Both the position numbers and the translations under genes were made by a program. A DNA stretch of 63,622 nt, filler included, from Octopus bimaculoides (taxonomy: Eukaryota), in assembly GCF_001194135.2 (NCBI RefSeq). It is 9 parts of 5 records of this genome, joined end to end, with 100 filler letters (N's around TTAATTAATTAA, not from the genome) between each part and the next. Parts side by side here need not be neighbours in the genome. Positions count along the whole stretch, not along the records: positions 1 to 9,491 come from NC_068982.1; positions 9,592 to 23,648 come from NC_068982.1; 7 more parts are not named here. The stretch is one strand, 5' to 3'. The notes beneath the pieces were generated by a model. The model worked only from the letters and a program-made list of their open reading frames with translations. It ran no database searches and was not told the DNA's origin. Shown in pieces: positions 1 to 12,290 of this stretch; the first letter of the stretch is position 1, and each line of letters opens with the position of its first letter.

Positions 1-345
1 TATATATATGTGTATGGATGTACATATATATATATATATATATACTTATTGTGTGTGTATATGTGTGTATATATATATGTGTGTGTGTGTGTGGGTGTGT
101 GTATTGTATATCTTATTTTTCTATTTCGAAATTTCTTAGCAAATTGTTGTTTGATGTTTGACCTGTGGTTACATCGAACTAGAGAGTGGTGTACTTCTTC
201 GTCTGTGCATTTATGTTTGTATGTATGTATGTATGTATGTATGTANNNNNNNNNNTCTCTCTCTCTCTCTCTCTCTCCATCTCTTTCACACACAAACACA
301 CACACTCACACACAAACACACACTCACACACGCACATAAATGACA
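1..345. repeat. (TA)/(TG)/(TATG)/(CT)/(CA) microsatellite cluster
   Basis: Read directly from the sequence. Confidence 0.95.
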
Positions 346-1623
346 TTCATACGCGTACACATTCACACGTACGCACACGAGCTAACGCGGGCAAACACAC
401 ACGCTTCCAAGTAGCATCGTCGGAATTTGTTTACAATAGTAAGAATGGGTTGTGCTTAAGTTGAATTCAGGCAAAGCAACAGACGATAGAGCAATAGTGA
501 CTAACAACTATACACTCGCTGCTTTCTTATATTTCTTTCCTTCGTCTTTCTTTCCATTTATCCGTCCTTCCTTTCTTTTCGTTCCTTCTCTATCCAATAG
601 TTCTTACCATCATCTATTCATTGATTTTTTTAATATAAATATATATAATCAATCATCTACTTCAACTCTTTTTTATTATATATATNNNNNNNNNNNNNNN
701 NNNNNNNNNNNNNNNNNNNNNNNNNNNNNNNNNNNNNNNNNNNNNNNNNNNNNNNNNNNNNNNNNNNNNNNNNNNNNNNNNNNNNNNNNNNNNNNNNNNN
801 NNNNNNNNNNNNNNNNNNNNNNNNNNNNNNNNNNNNNNNNNNNNNNNNNNNNNNNNNNNNNNNNNNNNNNNNNNNNNNNNNNNNNNNNNNNNNNNNNNNN
901 NNNNNNNNNNNNNNNNNNNNNNNNNNNNNNNNNNNNNNNNNNNNNNNNNNNNNNNNNNNNNNNNNNNNNNNNNNNNNNNNNNNNNNNNNNNNNNNNNNNN
1001 NNNNNNNNNNNNNNNNNNNNNNNNNNNNNNNNNNNNNNNNNNNNNNNNNNNNNNNNNNNNNNNNNNNNNNNNNNNNNNNNNNNNNNNNNNNNNNNNNNNN
1101 NNNNNNNNNNNNNNNNNNNNNNNNNNNNNNNNNNNNNNNNNNNNNNNNNNNNNNNNNNNNNNNNNNNNNNNNNNNNNNNNNNNNNNNNNNNNNNNNNNNN
1201 NNNNNNNNNNNNNNNNNNNNNNNNNNNNNNNNNNNNNNNNTCTTCGTCTGTGCATTTATGTTTGTATGTATGTATGTATGTATGTATGTATATATGTATG
1301 TGTATGTATACACAAATACAAGCAAACAAACACACACGCTCATATATACATGCATATATATACATGCTCACGCATACATACATACATACATATATACATA
1401 CATACATACATACATACATCTATGTTTATGTATGAGTGGTGAAAGTAAAAGACAGGCAGACGGACACACGTGCAGTCATACCTACACATACGCACACATT
1501 TATATATGATGAGATAAAGTAGAGGCCCCACGCTGTAGATTATGTGAACTGTGATATGAATAGTTGAAAGCGTAATTATAAGTTTGAATAGGAAGAACGA
1601 GATAACTGGACAATACATTGCAG

Positions 1624-1667
1624 ATGAGTATCTTAGATGGTAAAAGAGGACCGGGAATTTTTTCAAG
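1624..1667 (+). CDS. Candidate first coding exon of an unidentified spliced gene
   Basis: ATG with an upstream in-frame stop; MSILDGKRGPGIFS. Strong donor AAG|gtaaga. Phase 2 end matches the candidate exon at 2484. Confidence 0.3.
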
Positions 1668-1927
1668 GTAAGAATACAATACGATTTAAGGCATAGCTGG
1701 ATTTAAGTAGAGTAATGCTGCTAATACGTCATCTCAGTGGATCTAATTGGAAACATCAAAGATACTTGAAAAAGAGTGTGTTTGTGTGTGTATGTGAATA
1801 TATGTATGTGCGTCTGTGTGTGTGTGTGTGCAGGCACGCGTGTGTTACAAGTGGTCAATTTTAGATAAATACTCATTTAGAGGAGTTACACAGCCACCAA
1901 TCATTCTTTTGTGGAACCGACATTGTA

Positions 1928-2163
1928 CGAGTGGGTACTGAAAAGTTCCTGCGTTTTGCGCAAAAGAAAATACAGGAATATCAGTTATTTATGATTTCAT
2001 TCAACATATTCTCCTCTCAGATTCACATACTTATTACAGCGGCCCTGTGTTTCTTTTTTTTTTTTTGTTATATATAAACCCTGTAAAAGATCTCAGAAGT
2101 TTGGGCCCCTAACCAAGCCTTTCGTTCTATCCTCAAAGCCAGGAACTTTTCAGCACGCCCTCG
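1928..2163. mobile_element. Tc1/mariner-derived MITE
   Basis: About 29-bp imperfect TIRs (CGAGTGGGTACTGAAAAGTTCCTGCGTTT / AAAGCCAGGAACTTTTCAGCACGCCCTCG). TA dinucleotides flank both ends (1926-1927, 2164-2165). Confidence 0.85.
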
Positions 2164-2483
2164 TAGTACGTAATATTGTTCGTTCATTGCTTGTAGTGCT
2201 TGTATATCCTGTTGATACTCAATGCAGCTGAGCAGGCTGAAGCAACTCACTACGATTAAACACCTTATCCACGAAGAGTCTCTCTTTTAGACATTGCATA
2301 CGTTAGCATCGTCATGAATTTGAATATTTGGTTAATCACTTTGTTTTTCTTTGTTGAGCATAAATTTACATACCTGGAATTAGATCGAAATGAATAAATT
2401 TCATAATAGATAATTCTTTGATTTTCTATCATTGCAAATTTTGAGTAGACTGCATTCTTTTATTATTTTACTTTATTTTTCAG

Positions 2484-2625
2484 TTATTGGGCTTTGGCAA
2501 TACTTGGATATTGCGATGAAGAAATCTCAGCACTTAAATTATTGGAAGTGTCGTACCTATTCTATGGAATGTTTTGCCGAATCACGAAGTTTCGAGATAT
2601 AAACAAACTAGCAACAGCCTTCAGG
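2484..2625 (+). CDS. Candidate internal coding exon of an unidentified gene
   Basis: Pyrimidine-rich acceptor ttttactttatttttcag and donor AGG|gtatgt. Only one frame is open: YWALAILGYCDEEISALKLLEVSYLFYGMFCRITKFRDINKLATAFR. No family recognised. Confidence 0.4.
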
Positions 2626-3984
2626 GTATGTGGGCTCAAACACAAAAGCATACACACATATGAGTCAGGCTTTCACATAGTTTTCGCCTACCACTTTCAC
2701 TCTCAGTGCAATCGCGTTTATTACCAATACAATGCTTATTTTATTTTCGCAATCTTTGTAATTTGACAGAAGCTCCATCTCGTTCTGGTAAATGTATTGT
2801 CCTGAAGGGAACGACATGTCTATGAGAGTACAGAGAGCTTTGTTCTAAGATTTTGATAATTATACTAGAACAGTTAACTTTGATTTTCTCGTCAGTCTAA
2901 GGAGACATGTCTTACATTTCTGATATACAAGTCGTTATCATATATCGTATAAGATACATAATTACACCACTTTTCTAATTCCCGTCGACGTGGCCACACT
3001 TGTATACTCGAATGTGCCTCTGAATCTAATCTGATATGTGGCAAGAACTAAGTAACGGAAATTATGTTGTTTTATAACATTGGTTGCATAGTCTATCCTT
3101 CATATTACATTTTTTTTCATGTTTTATTGTAGTTGTTTCTGCAGATGCATTGTAATTATGTAACTAAAATCAGAACTTCTGTTTTTCTTTGTAGTCTTAA
3201 TTTTCTTAGCCATTATTATCTTTCACTCTGGCTTATTCTTACTGTCTCCGTTGAGGATTGTGGGGTTACTGTCCTGAAGTATTTTTGTTTCTCGCTCTTT
3301 TTTTCTAATGTAGTGTATTTTACAATTCCGTTGAAATTGTGTTTGGTTTACACCCTTTTCTCTTTTGCTTTGTTCTAACCTGAATTGTTTGCATTTTAGT
3401 TTTTATTTGTTCTTCACTGTTTCATTATACACAGAGAAAGATTTTTCTATATAAGCACTTTAATAATTGATTCGTCCATAATGGAAGAAAGCATATCGAA
3501 ATTATATTGCTTTGTTTTCGTCTCGAAAATATCAATATGATTGTGTGACTCAAGATGTTATATTGTTTATATATTTAATATTTAAAATTATAGAGTAGTT
3601 CTATATCTATAAACAAGTTGTTTTTCTATGATGTGCGTCTGCATCATTGAACAGTTGAACAGAAGAGGTTGAATTAATTAATTACCGAACTGATTGATTT
3701 AAATTTAAATAGGGTAATAGGAAGAGATTAAGAAATATTAAAGAAATAGTCGTTTATAGATTTAGAAAGAGATAACAATAACTGAATGTAGTACATTTTT
3801 ATTTCTAACAGGAATTTCATCTTCGTGCACGATATGTATATTTTCCCTATTTTTGCTTTAGTGGTGGTTTCTAAATAATAAATGTTTCATGGTTCTTACT
3901 CTCTCTGATCTCTTCCTTAGGTAGATGAAGATATGGTATTTAATTATGTTGCCTGCTGAATTCTGTAATCAGGATGGCTAGTGG

Positions 3985-4052
<68 letters not shown>

Positions 4053-4129
4053 GTAAGCACGCATTATCTTCCTTCTAAATAGGAAGAGTTTTATTCTGAA
4101 TGCTATTCGGTTCTTTGTGTATTGATCTT

Positions 4130-5637
4130 TTACAATTTTCTTATCTCACTTTATAGCATAGCAGTTTCATCGACTCCTAAGTATTTGTGTAGAAGTTTAA
4201 GGCCTTACTCTCTGATTTTGATTTTCATATCTTATTTTTGTATTCTTCACATTAGCTAAGTTATCTTTTTGTATTGTACCTTCGGCACTTTTGTTTAAAA
4301 TACACCGTATATTTCTTGGTTGAATTTATGAGCAAATTTTCGTAGTCTTTCCTGCTTGGGTTCAGCTTCCGTAAATATTTTCGAGTTACGATATTGAGTA
4401 AACAGTTCATTAGATATTTGTATCATCTGTAATCATTGATGTTTTTATCCAACAGATTGTTTTAATGGAGTGTAGGCAGAAGTGTAGGCAGAAGTGTAGG
4501 CAGAAGTGTAGCGGAGATAATAATACATCTATTCCTCTTGTTGATATAGGTTTGGTTTTAATTATCTCCTCTTTCACTTGTAGGAAACTGGAACTACTTT
4601 GTCATGTAACGCATCTCTTTCATCCGAGTGTGTGATATGGTAGCAAATGTTATTTGGGAATGAGTTCAAGCCATACTACTGTTTGTTTTCTGCATTTCCC
4701 GTGTGATATAATAGCCCTTATCACCAATAGCAGCCCTTTCATCCATGCAATCGTTTCCCGTTATCCTTTCATCTCCTCTGTTTATATGATTCTCCAGTGG
4801 AGTACCTCACTTATTGTGAAAAATTGATGTAAGGGCTTTTTGTGTTGTTGGTAAACAAATTACACAGCTGAAATTTCGTGGGACACTAGCTGATATAATC
4901 TCGATGTTCATTCTAGTTAATTTACTACATCATCAAATGCTGTCAACAAATACCCATCGCATCTAGTGACATGCTTTAGCTAAAAATTTTAGACCTTGGC
5001 AGGATTTTAATATGTAGAAATGCTTTCTGATAAATTTCACTTTCTTCATTACATTACAAGACGTTGATCCTTAATCCATTCCTGAATGCTTAGTGTATCA
5101 GTCATTATTGTGCTTTTCTTTCTTCCTCTTTGGAAAAATAATTCTAAAATCTCTTCGTGCTTGATTGAAAGACAAAACATGATCAAATCCAATTTCCTGC
5201 AGTAACACCACTTTTGTTGAAAATATTACATTTTGCAACCAATTTATACCAGATTATTTATTTGGTTTTCCTCCGGACAAAATTTCGTGTTGACCCATAT
5301 TGTTTTTAAACAATACTTCATGAAGTTACTTCTTCGTGTATAGCTTGAACAGGGATTTACTTTGAAATATGTTCATGGAGTGCTGTAACTACTTCTCATT
5401 TTATTTTCCATGTTGTGGTTAAGGCATTCCTAAACATAAACTCTAATTAGTCTCTTTATTCACTTTGTGTTGCGACGTTGAAAGTACCTTACTTGTATTT
5501 CTTGGGAACTTGTAGTTTTAAGGCTAGATTTTAGTGCGTGTGCGCGTGTGTCTGTGTCTGTATGTGCATCTGTGTGTGTGTGCGCAATCGCCTTTATACG
5601 TCTGTGTGTGAATCCGTGTGTGTGTTTGTGTGTGTGT

Positions 5638-5708
<71 letters not shown>

Positions 5709-6310
5709 TGTTTGTGTTTCCTGATATTCATTCCCCTTAATCATATAGATATTTTAAACGTAATGGGCTGATAATATTTTCATTGTGACCATCTGTATTG
5801 TGTTGCTTTCTTTCAATCTTGGAGTCGTGTTGTGCGTTGCGTGTGGTGGAATGTGTTATTATGCATCCGTTTGTTTTATGACAAGTTATCTAGTTTTAAG
5901 AGTACTCCGTTAATTTATATTTAACATAATTTTATCATTCAAATTTGTGCATTTGTCTCACGTCATCTTTTTGTTTTATGATCCTTTAATCATATACCTT
6001 TTACTTGGTACTGGCATGTGTTTCATATGTGATTTCACGCGTAATGATACTCTAGCATTTTGAGGTATGGATCATTCATGTAATTTCTAATCACTGAGGG
6101 TATTGTTTCTTCACTATGTATTATATAGTTATTCACACCCATCAACACTGCACTAACGGTGTCTTATGCATTAGCAATCTTGTACCTCTTTCTTCCTTTG
6201 GTATACAGTGTCTGTCGACATTACCTTTACTATGGTGAGCGTTGGAGATTGTGAGCCGTTTAAGAATTCCATTTAAGTTTTGAAACTATCTTTCTATATT
6301 TTGGAAAAGA
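4130..6310 (-). mobile_element. Highly degenerate LINE (endonuclease + RT relic), interrupted by (GT)n
   Basis: Minus-strand translation gives decayed RT-like pieces: NKSGVTAGNWI (like TGVRQGD), LTAFDDVV (like AFADD) and IFTEAEPKQERLRKFAH (C-terminal region). Many stops and frameshifts. The endonuclease part (5720-6310) is weaker. Confidence 0.45.
5536..5720. repeat. (GT)n microsatellite
   Basis: Read directly from the sequence. Confidence 0.95.
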
Positions 6311-6388
6311 AGCATAATACTTGCTGACTTCATATTTTCATTGCTTTGATAATGTTCCTTCTATATCATTTAGTCTCAAGCAACTTCA

Positions 6389-6411
6389 CTATTATTATTG
6401 TTGTTGTTGTT

Positions 6412-6444
<33 letters not shown>

Positions 6445-6460
6445 GGTGTTGTTGTTGTTG

Positions 6461-6494
<34 letters not shown>

Positions 6495-6506
6495 CATTAT
6501 TATCAT
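6389..6506. repeat. Compound (GTT)n(ATT)n microsatellite
   Basis: Read directly from the sequence. Confidence 0.95.
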
Positions 6507-7258
6507 TGCCTTTTCACAGCTTCTAAAGATAGAGATGTACTACGGTGACAGCTGTTCACTACGAGTGAACTTAGGTAAGACCTCTTATTTTTTGAGCACC
6601 TTGCGAAGTATTCGAGCGGTACTCTTTTCTGCAAGTGCTCCACCCTTATTGCAGCCCCTATTTGTTCCACGTACTTCTCGAGATTTTTGCTCGCTGATCC
6701 CAGAGCTCCGACAATTATCGGTACTACTGCTACCTTTCTGATCGAACAAAACTGTTTATCCTCCCAAGCTAGCCTGTCATGTCTCTCGACTTTTCTTTCT
6801 TCCTTATCGCATACCTTATTGTCAGCTTGGCATGCTATATCTATGATCCAGCATAGTTTGTTTCCTTTCTCCGTTAAGACTATGTCTGGCTTCCTATTCT
6901 ATATTCCATGGGAGTACTGAATCATAAAATCCCATAGGATCTTTGCATTTCTATTTTCGACGATACCTTCAGGTTTGTGGTCGTACCAATTTTTTGCTCT
7001 GTCAAGTCCATACCTGTTGCAAAGTTTCCAATGGACAATCCTTGCTATATTTCGTGGCGTCTCCCATATTCCTTCTGGGTTAGTGGCGTACGTTGTCTGA
7101 TAATATGTCATACGGTTTCACCGTTTTGTCCACAGATTTTGCACTTATCAAATTCTACTGTGTTGTCTATTCTCTATTTTATGTAGTTTGTTCTTAGTGC
7201 TAGCTCTTTAAGACCGTTTCCGGTTTTAGATCACTTTTAGTCATCCACAGCCATCTTT
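6507..7258 (-). mobile_element. R4/Dong-like RLE non-LTR retrotransposon 3' fragment ending in (AAT)n/(AAC)n
   Basis: Peptides LRTNYIK..DKCKICGQNGETV (CCHC knuckle), IARIVHWKLCNRYGLDRAKNWYDHKPEGIVENRNAKILWDF and VAVVPIIVGALG. The 3' end abuts the microsatellite at 6389-6506. Confidence 0.88.
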
Positions 7259-8687
7259 AAGTTTTCCGTTGCTATTTACGAACAACGACGACAAATTACT
7301 GACAGAAAGAAGTTCACAATTACTGATGAAAGTAATTTCATACATAATTAACTGACAAAAGTAACTTCATACATTTCACTTCAATCCGTACACTTCGTTA
7401 AATTTGTCTACAAATTTCTTATTTACTTTTGCAACGTTTTGTATGTGTGTGTGTGCTTTTGCTTTTTTGACGGAATTTTTGATAACAGTAAGTTCGTAAT
7501 TTACTGACAGAAGTAACTTCCAAAATATCACTTAAAGCCGAACACTTAGTTTTGTGATTTTCTGCTTTTTTAGCGGCTTTTTTTCTGGTTCTTTCGATAC
7601 TGGCTCTTTCGTTCACTAAGTGACAAATTTCGCTTCAACCAATACAATTCTTTATTTTCCGTAAAAATTTCTTATTTACTTTCTGTCCGTCGTATTAAGA
7701 AATATAATTCCGTTTATCAGTTATTTTCACTGTTTACCAACGTCTGCACCCGTGTATTTCTGTATACGTATATAAACATGCCTAGAAGGAAAGTGCCGAA
7801 TTTGTCTGCAATATCAAGGTCAGCCAAAAGAATGTCTCTGTCTAGGGAAAGAGAGACAGTTGCAGAAAGGAAATCAAACCAAGGAACGAACAAACTGTGC
7901 ACTACAAAAGCTAGAGTATATCAAAGTGATGAACAGAGGTATGCACGATTGACAAGGAATAGGATCTCCACTGCAGATCGAAGAGCAATTGCAACAGCTC
8001 AGAGAAGCAATTTCTATCAAGCAACTTTCAATTATGATCCAGCAGTTCATTATACAGATAACACTAGAGTTTCTATAGGTGCAATGACAACTGACTGCAT
8101 ACATTGTAAAGCAAGGAAGTGCTCTGGAGAGACACCTGAACTGTGTTGCAGTGCTGCAAAAGTTAAACTCCCTGCGATCCCCCAACCTCCAGAGCCATTG
8201 AAGTAACTGTTGTCATCAACTGACCAAAATTCCAAGTACTTCCAAAACAAAATTAGACAATACAACGCTGCACTACAGATGACATCATTTGGAGACACAT
8301 GAGATGTAACTGAGTCAGAATCCATGCAAACGTTCAAGATCCAAGGTCAGATTTATCATCGGATTGGCTGTCTACTACCTGTGTCAAATGAATCACCAAA
8401 ATTAGTCTTTCGTTGTTTATAATCTGTAACTGTGTTTTGGTTACGAAAGAACCAAATCAAAACATGTTTTTGAATTACGTGTATTTGCTGTATATACATC
8501 TATGACTTGAAAAATTTCTTTTAACATTTCACTTAAAGTATATGTTCCACGCTATCATGGAATAGAGAGTTATTAATATAGAAAGGTAGTATCTCAGCTA
8601 CTAGCAGTTGTGACCTACGTAATCTAGAGGGCGTTTTGAAAGTTCATTATTGTTTTTAACCTGGGCAACTCCTGGTATTACTGCTAG
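7254..8687 (+). mobile_element. Internally deleted Helitron with a RepHel N-terminal fragment
   Basis: ORF 7778-8206 continues past stops to about 8400: FNYDP..SIGAMTTDCIHCKARKCSGETPELCCSAAKVKLP..PPEPLK / KIRQYNAALQMTSFG / TFKIQGQIYHRIG. The 3' end is a decayed hairpin CCTGGGCAACTCCTGG followed by CTAG|T at 8684-8688. The 5' end is approximate. Confidence 0.9.
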
Positions 8688-8776
8688 TACATATATATGT
8701 GTGTGTGTGTGTATGTATGTATATATGAACCTATTAATATATATGCACATATATACAGAAACACACATACATACAC

Positions 8777-8808
<32 letters not shown>

Positions 8809-9430
8809 NNNNNNNNNNNNNNNNNNNNNNNNNNNNNNNNNNNNNNNNNNNNNNNNNNNNNNNNNNNNNNNNNNNNNNNNNNNNNNNNNNNNNNNNNNNN
8901 NNNNNNNNNNNNNNNNNNNNNNNNNNNNNNNNNNNNNNNNNNNNNNNNNNNNNNNNNNNNNNNNNNNNNNNNNNNNNNNNNNNNNNNNNNNNNNNNNNNN
9001 NNNNNNNNNNNNNNNNNNNNNNNNNNNNNNNNNNNNNNNNNNNNNNNNNNNNNNNNNNNNNNNNNNNNNNNNNNNNNNNNNNNNNNNNNNNNNNNNNNNN
9101 NNNNNNNNNNNNNNNNNNATATATGCAAGAAAACATTTCCTGTTTTTAAATTCTCCCTGATACTTGCATAAACGTATTCATAGTAACACATCAATATTTG
9201 TTTGTTCCCTCTTGTGTGTAAATATTTACAACAAATGTTGACAGCTAAATGTTCTCTTCTCATCTTTGTGTATTTTTAATGCTTCGTTTCCATTTGTTAA
9301 CACACGAAAATTTTTCTAGCGCTTATCTCAACAGCTATGTTCTCTCTGCCAAGGAAACGAAAGGACTTTACGTTCTCAACAGATATGTAGATCCACACAT
9401 TTATATGCATACATGCGTATACATACACAG

Positions 9431-9491
<61 letters not shown>

Positions 9492-9591
9492 NNNNNNNNN
9501 NNNNNNNNNNNNNNNNNNNNNNNNNNNNNNNNNNNTTAATTAATTAANNNNNNNNNNNNNNNNNNNNNNNNNNNNNNNNNNNNNNNNNNNN
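9492..9591. other. Artificial scaffold-join linker 44N-TTAATTAATTAA-44N (also centred at 23693, 33070, 35486, 43366, 46175, 56440 and 62292)
   Basis: The identical 12-mer, which has stops in all six frames, sits in the middle of eight 100-bp gaps. Confidence 0.95.
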
Positions 9592-11019
9592 ATATGTGTG
9601 TATGTATGTATGTATGTATGTATATATATGTATATATAACGTGTATAGAAATGTTTGAGGTATGCATCACTATAATCACTTACGGAGTGCGAGATAGTAT
9701 TTTGTGTGTGTAGGTGTGGGTGTGTATATGTATGTATATAAGTATGTGTATATGTATATATATATATGTGTGTGTATGTATGTATGTATGTATGTATGCA
9801 TGTACGTATGTATATATGTATGTATTAAGCTTCATCATCACCAATACAATCATAATCAACACCAAAACTAATACAACCACTGCCACCATCACCAATAACA
9901 TAACCAATACAGCCACCACAACCACCATTAAAAACCCACCAACTTTCCAGTAACCAGTTGGCAAGAACAATAATATCAACGTGATGGCAATGTCTGTACC
10001 TACATATGTTGTATGTGCGCATGGAAACACGTCCTGTGGAATACATTTGTGCGCCAATTCAATGAGCCAGATATTTTATAGCTGATCGAACTACTGGATA
10101 ATCACAGTTAAGGATTGAACTCTAGACCTTGTTAGAATAGCTGTTTAGGAAAAGGAAACTCTAATCTAAACCCTGGTACTTACTTTATCAACCGCGGAAA
10201 GATAAAATGTAAGTTATACTCTGACAGGATTGAAACTCAGAATGTGAAGTAATGCAACGTAAGGCATTATAACATTTTGATCAGTATTCTATCCATTCAG
10301 TCAAATATTCATTTTACCCAAGCACTAAGTTCCTTTACTAGAAAGAGGCTGTTTGATTGACTCAGGTATATGCTATTAGGAAAAGCTAATAAAGTATTAT
10401 GAAGCACCGATATTATTGGCTTACGTAAGCATAAAAATAAGTACGGTGAGAAGAGTAATATATATGATGCTCATCCTTTTTAAAGGCAGTTAGCAACGTA
10501 AATGATCTGCAATGGCTGTAGTCGAGAATCTGTATCGGTTGGAAACGTGGTTCAATAGAAGGTTTCTTCTGCTCTTTGAGCCTCACGGTTGAGGCGGCAA
10601 TATTAACACTAACACTGTAGTTTTACCAACTCCAACATCTTTTCATGAACGATGTTACCACTCAGAAAACCAGAAGTATTAGGCTGCAAACATCATCATT
10701 AAAACCATTGTCAACGTTAACTTCACTACCATTAGTATCATCATTTCCGCTCCTGCCAACCCCACCGCCTGAAGCAGTATTCCTAATGACGGTCTTAGCT
10801 ACAATATTGCTATGGTGACAACGTCCCGGTCATCCGTCTTTTATTTTGTTAATTCGTATTGCTGTCAATCAGTTAGAGTTTTAATTCTTAATACGACAAC
10901 TGTCAGTCCCTAAAAACGTCTAGTATTTTATGCGAGTAAAGTAAGTTATAATCTATATTGCACGTAGAAGGGAAATGTCCAGAACAAAGAGACAGATAAG
11001 CAGAGAAGAGAAATCGACT

Positions 11020-11060
<41 letters not shown>

Positions 11061-11160
11061 NNNNNNNNNNNNNNNNNNNNNNNNNNNNNNNNNNNNNNNN
11101 NNNNNNNNNNNNNNNNNNNNNNNNNNNNNNNNNNNNNNNNNNNNNNNNNNNNNNNNNNNN

Positions 11161-11200
<40 letters not shown>
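11020..11200. repeat. (GATA)n microsatellite spanning a gap
   Basis: Read directly from the sequence. Confidence 0.95.
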
Positions 11201-11203
<3 letters not shown>

Positions 11204-11399
11204 GTGGGGGAGATAGACAGATTGATAGTCAAGCAGGTCCAGAACTGTGCACGCAACACAATAAATTCTGTTTCTCAGAGCTTGCTAGTTAATCTCTAGA
11301 AGTCTAATTATGCTTCTTTCTCTAAACATTTCGCAATACATTACGTACAGTGCTTCATCTCATGCATGGACTAATGCAACCAACTTTTTACATACTCCC

Positions 11400-12290
11400 C
11401 ATTCAATTTCAGTGATCCAACAAAGCTTCCATAACCAACTGATTATATTCTAACAAGAGAAAGAGCAGAAAATTGGAAGAAAGAAGTCTATTGCACTTTT
11501 ACTGTCAATAACTGCTAGAATTGTCTAGTAGAAAAAAATTACACGAAATCCAGCATACTTTTAGGTCCACGAGAAATATAGAGAACAGAATCATGCGCAA
11601 TATTCAGTCCTTGAAGATCTTCCAAGGGCTTTAAAATTTGATCAGCTGTAACTTTGGTCGATACTGATGAACTAAGTTCCTCTAATAAAGCATCTAATGA
11701 CGATCTATCTTCTCTACGAGCAGATGTGGTAGGATGTTACTGTAGCAGACTATTTTCAACGATTTCAAAGAAATCTTCGAATTCATTCTAGCCCTATTTC
11801 GACACATTATTTAGCCAAACAAAGAACAGAGATTTTGTACAACCACCACGACAAAATTCTAGCAATCTTCTGAATATTTATAAACAATACTACTTTCAGT
11901 ATAGCAGAAAATTTCATAATCTTCCTCGACGATATAATTAATTTCTAAAGAAAGACGAGCGTCTCTTTTGGTTGACACTCCCTCTATAAGAATCTGACGA
12001 AGCTATTGCTATTGTTTCAGTATAAACTTTCAGGCTATTGGACAATAATTACACCAACACTTACTAAAAGCTAAGTTTTCTACAGTCACCATAACAGATT
12101 TTTCCAGTGTTTCCACTAAAGAGGCTCAATATCGATATTGTAAATCAGATTATTCCATTAGAGGATCAACAAAGTTCTGAAAGGAGCAAGGCTTCCAAAT
12201 ATTGGGTGAATTCTAATTGTGCTTCAACTGTGCAGAGTTGGTTATATACATTGTTATAGACAGTCAATTATTGAAGACATAATGCAACAG
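11400..12290 (+). mobile_element. Possible very old RLE-type (R2/NeSL-like) retrotransposon relic
   Basis: Stop-riddled coding-like stretch with YNHHDKILAIF (like RHD/RHN..IL) and LLKAKFSTVTITDF (like the PD..D nuclease region). Ends near a (CCA)n tract. Confidence 0.25.

Noticed and set aside
4469-4511. 12-bp tandem repeat AGTGTAGGCAGA, about 3.5 units
   Set aside because: An ordinary slippage duplication inside a decayed LINE.
9536-9547. TTAATTAATTAA as a homeodomain site or biological repeat
   Set aside because: It is always centred in 100-bp N gaps and is an assembly linker.
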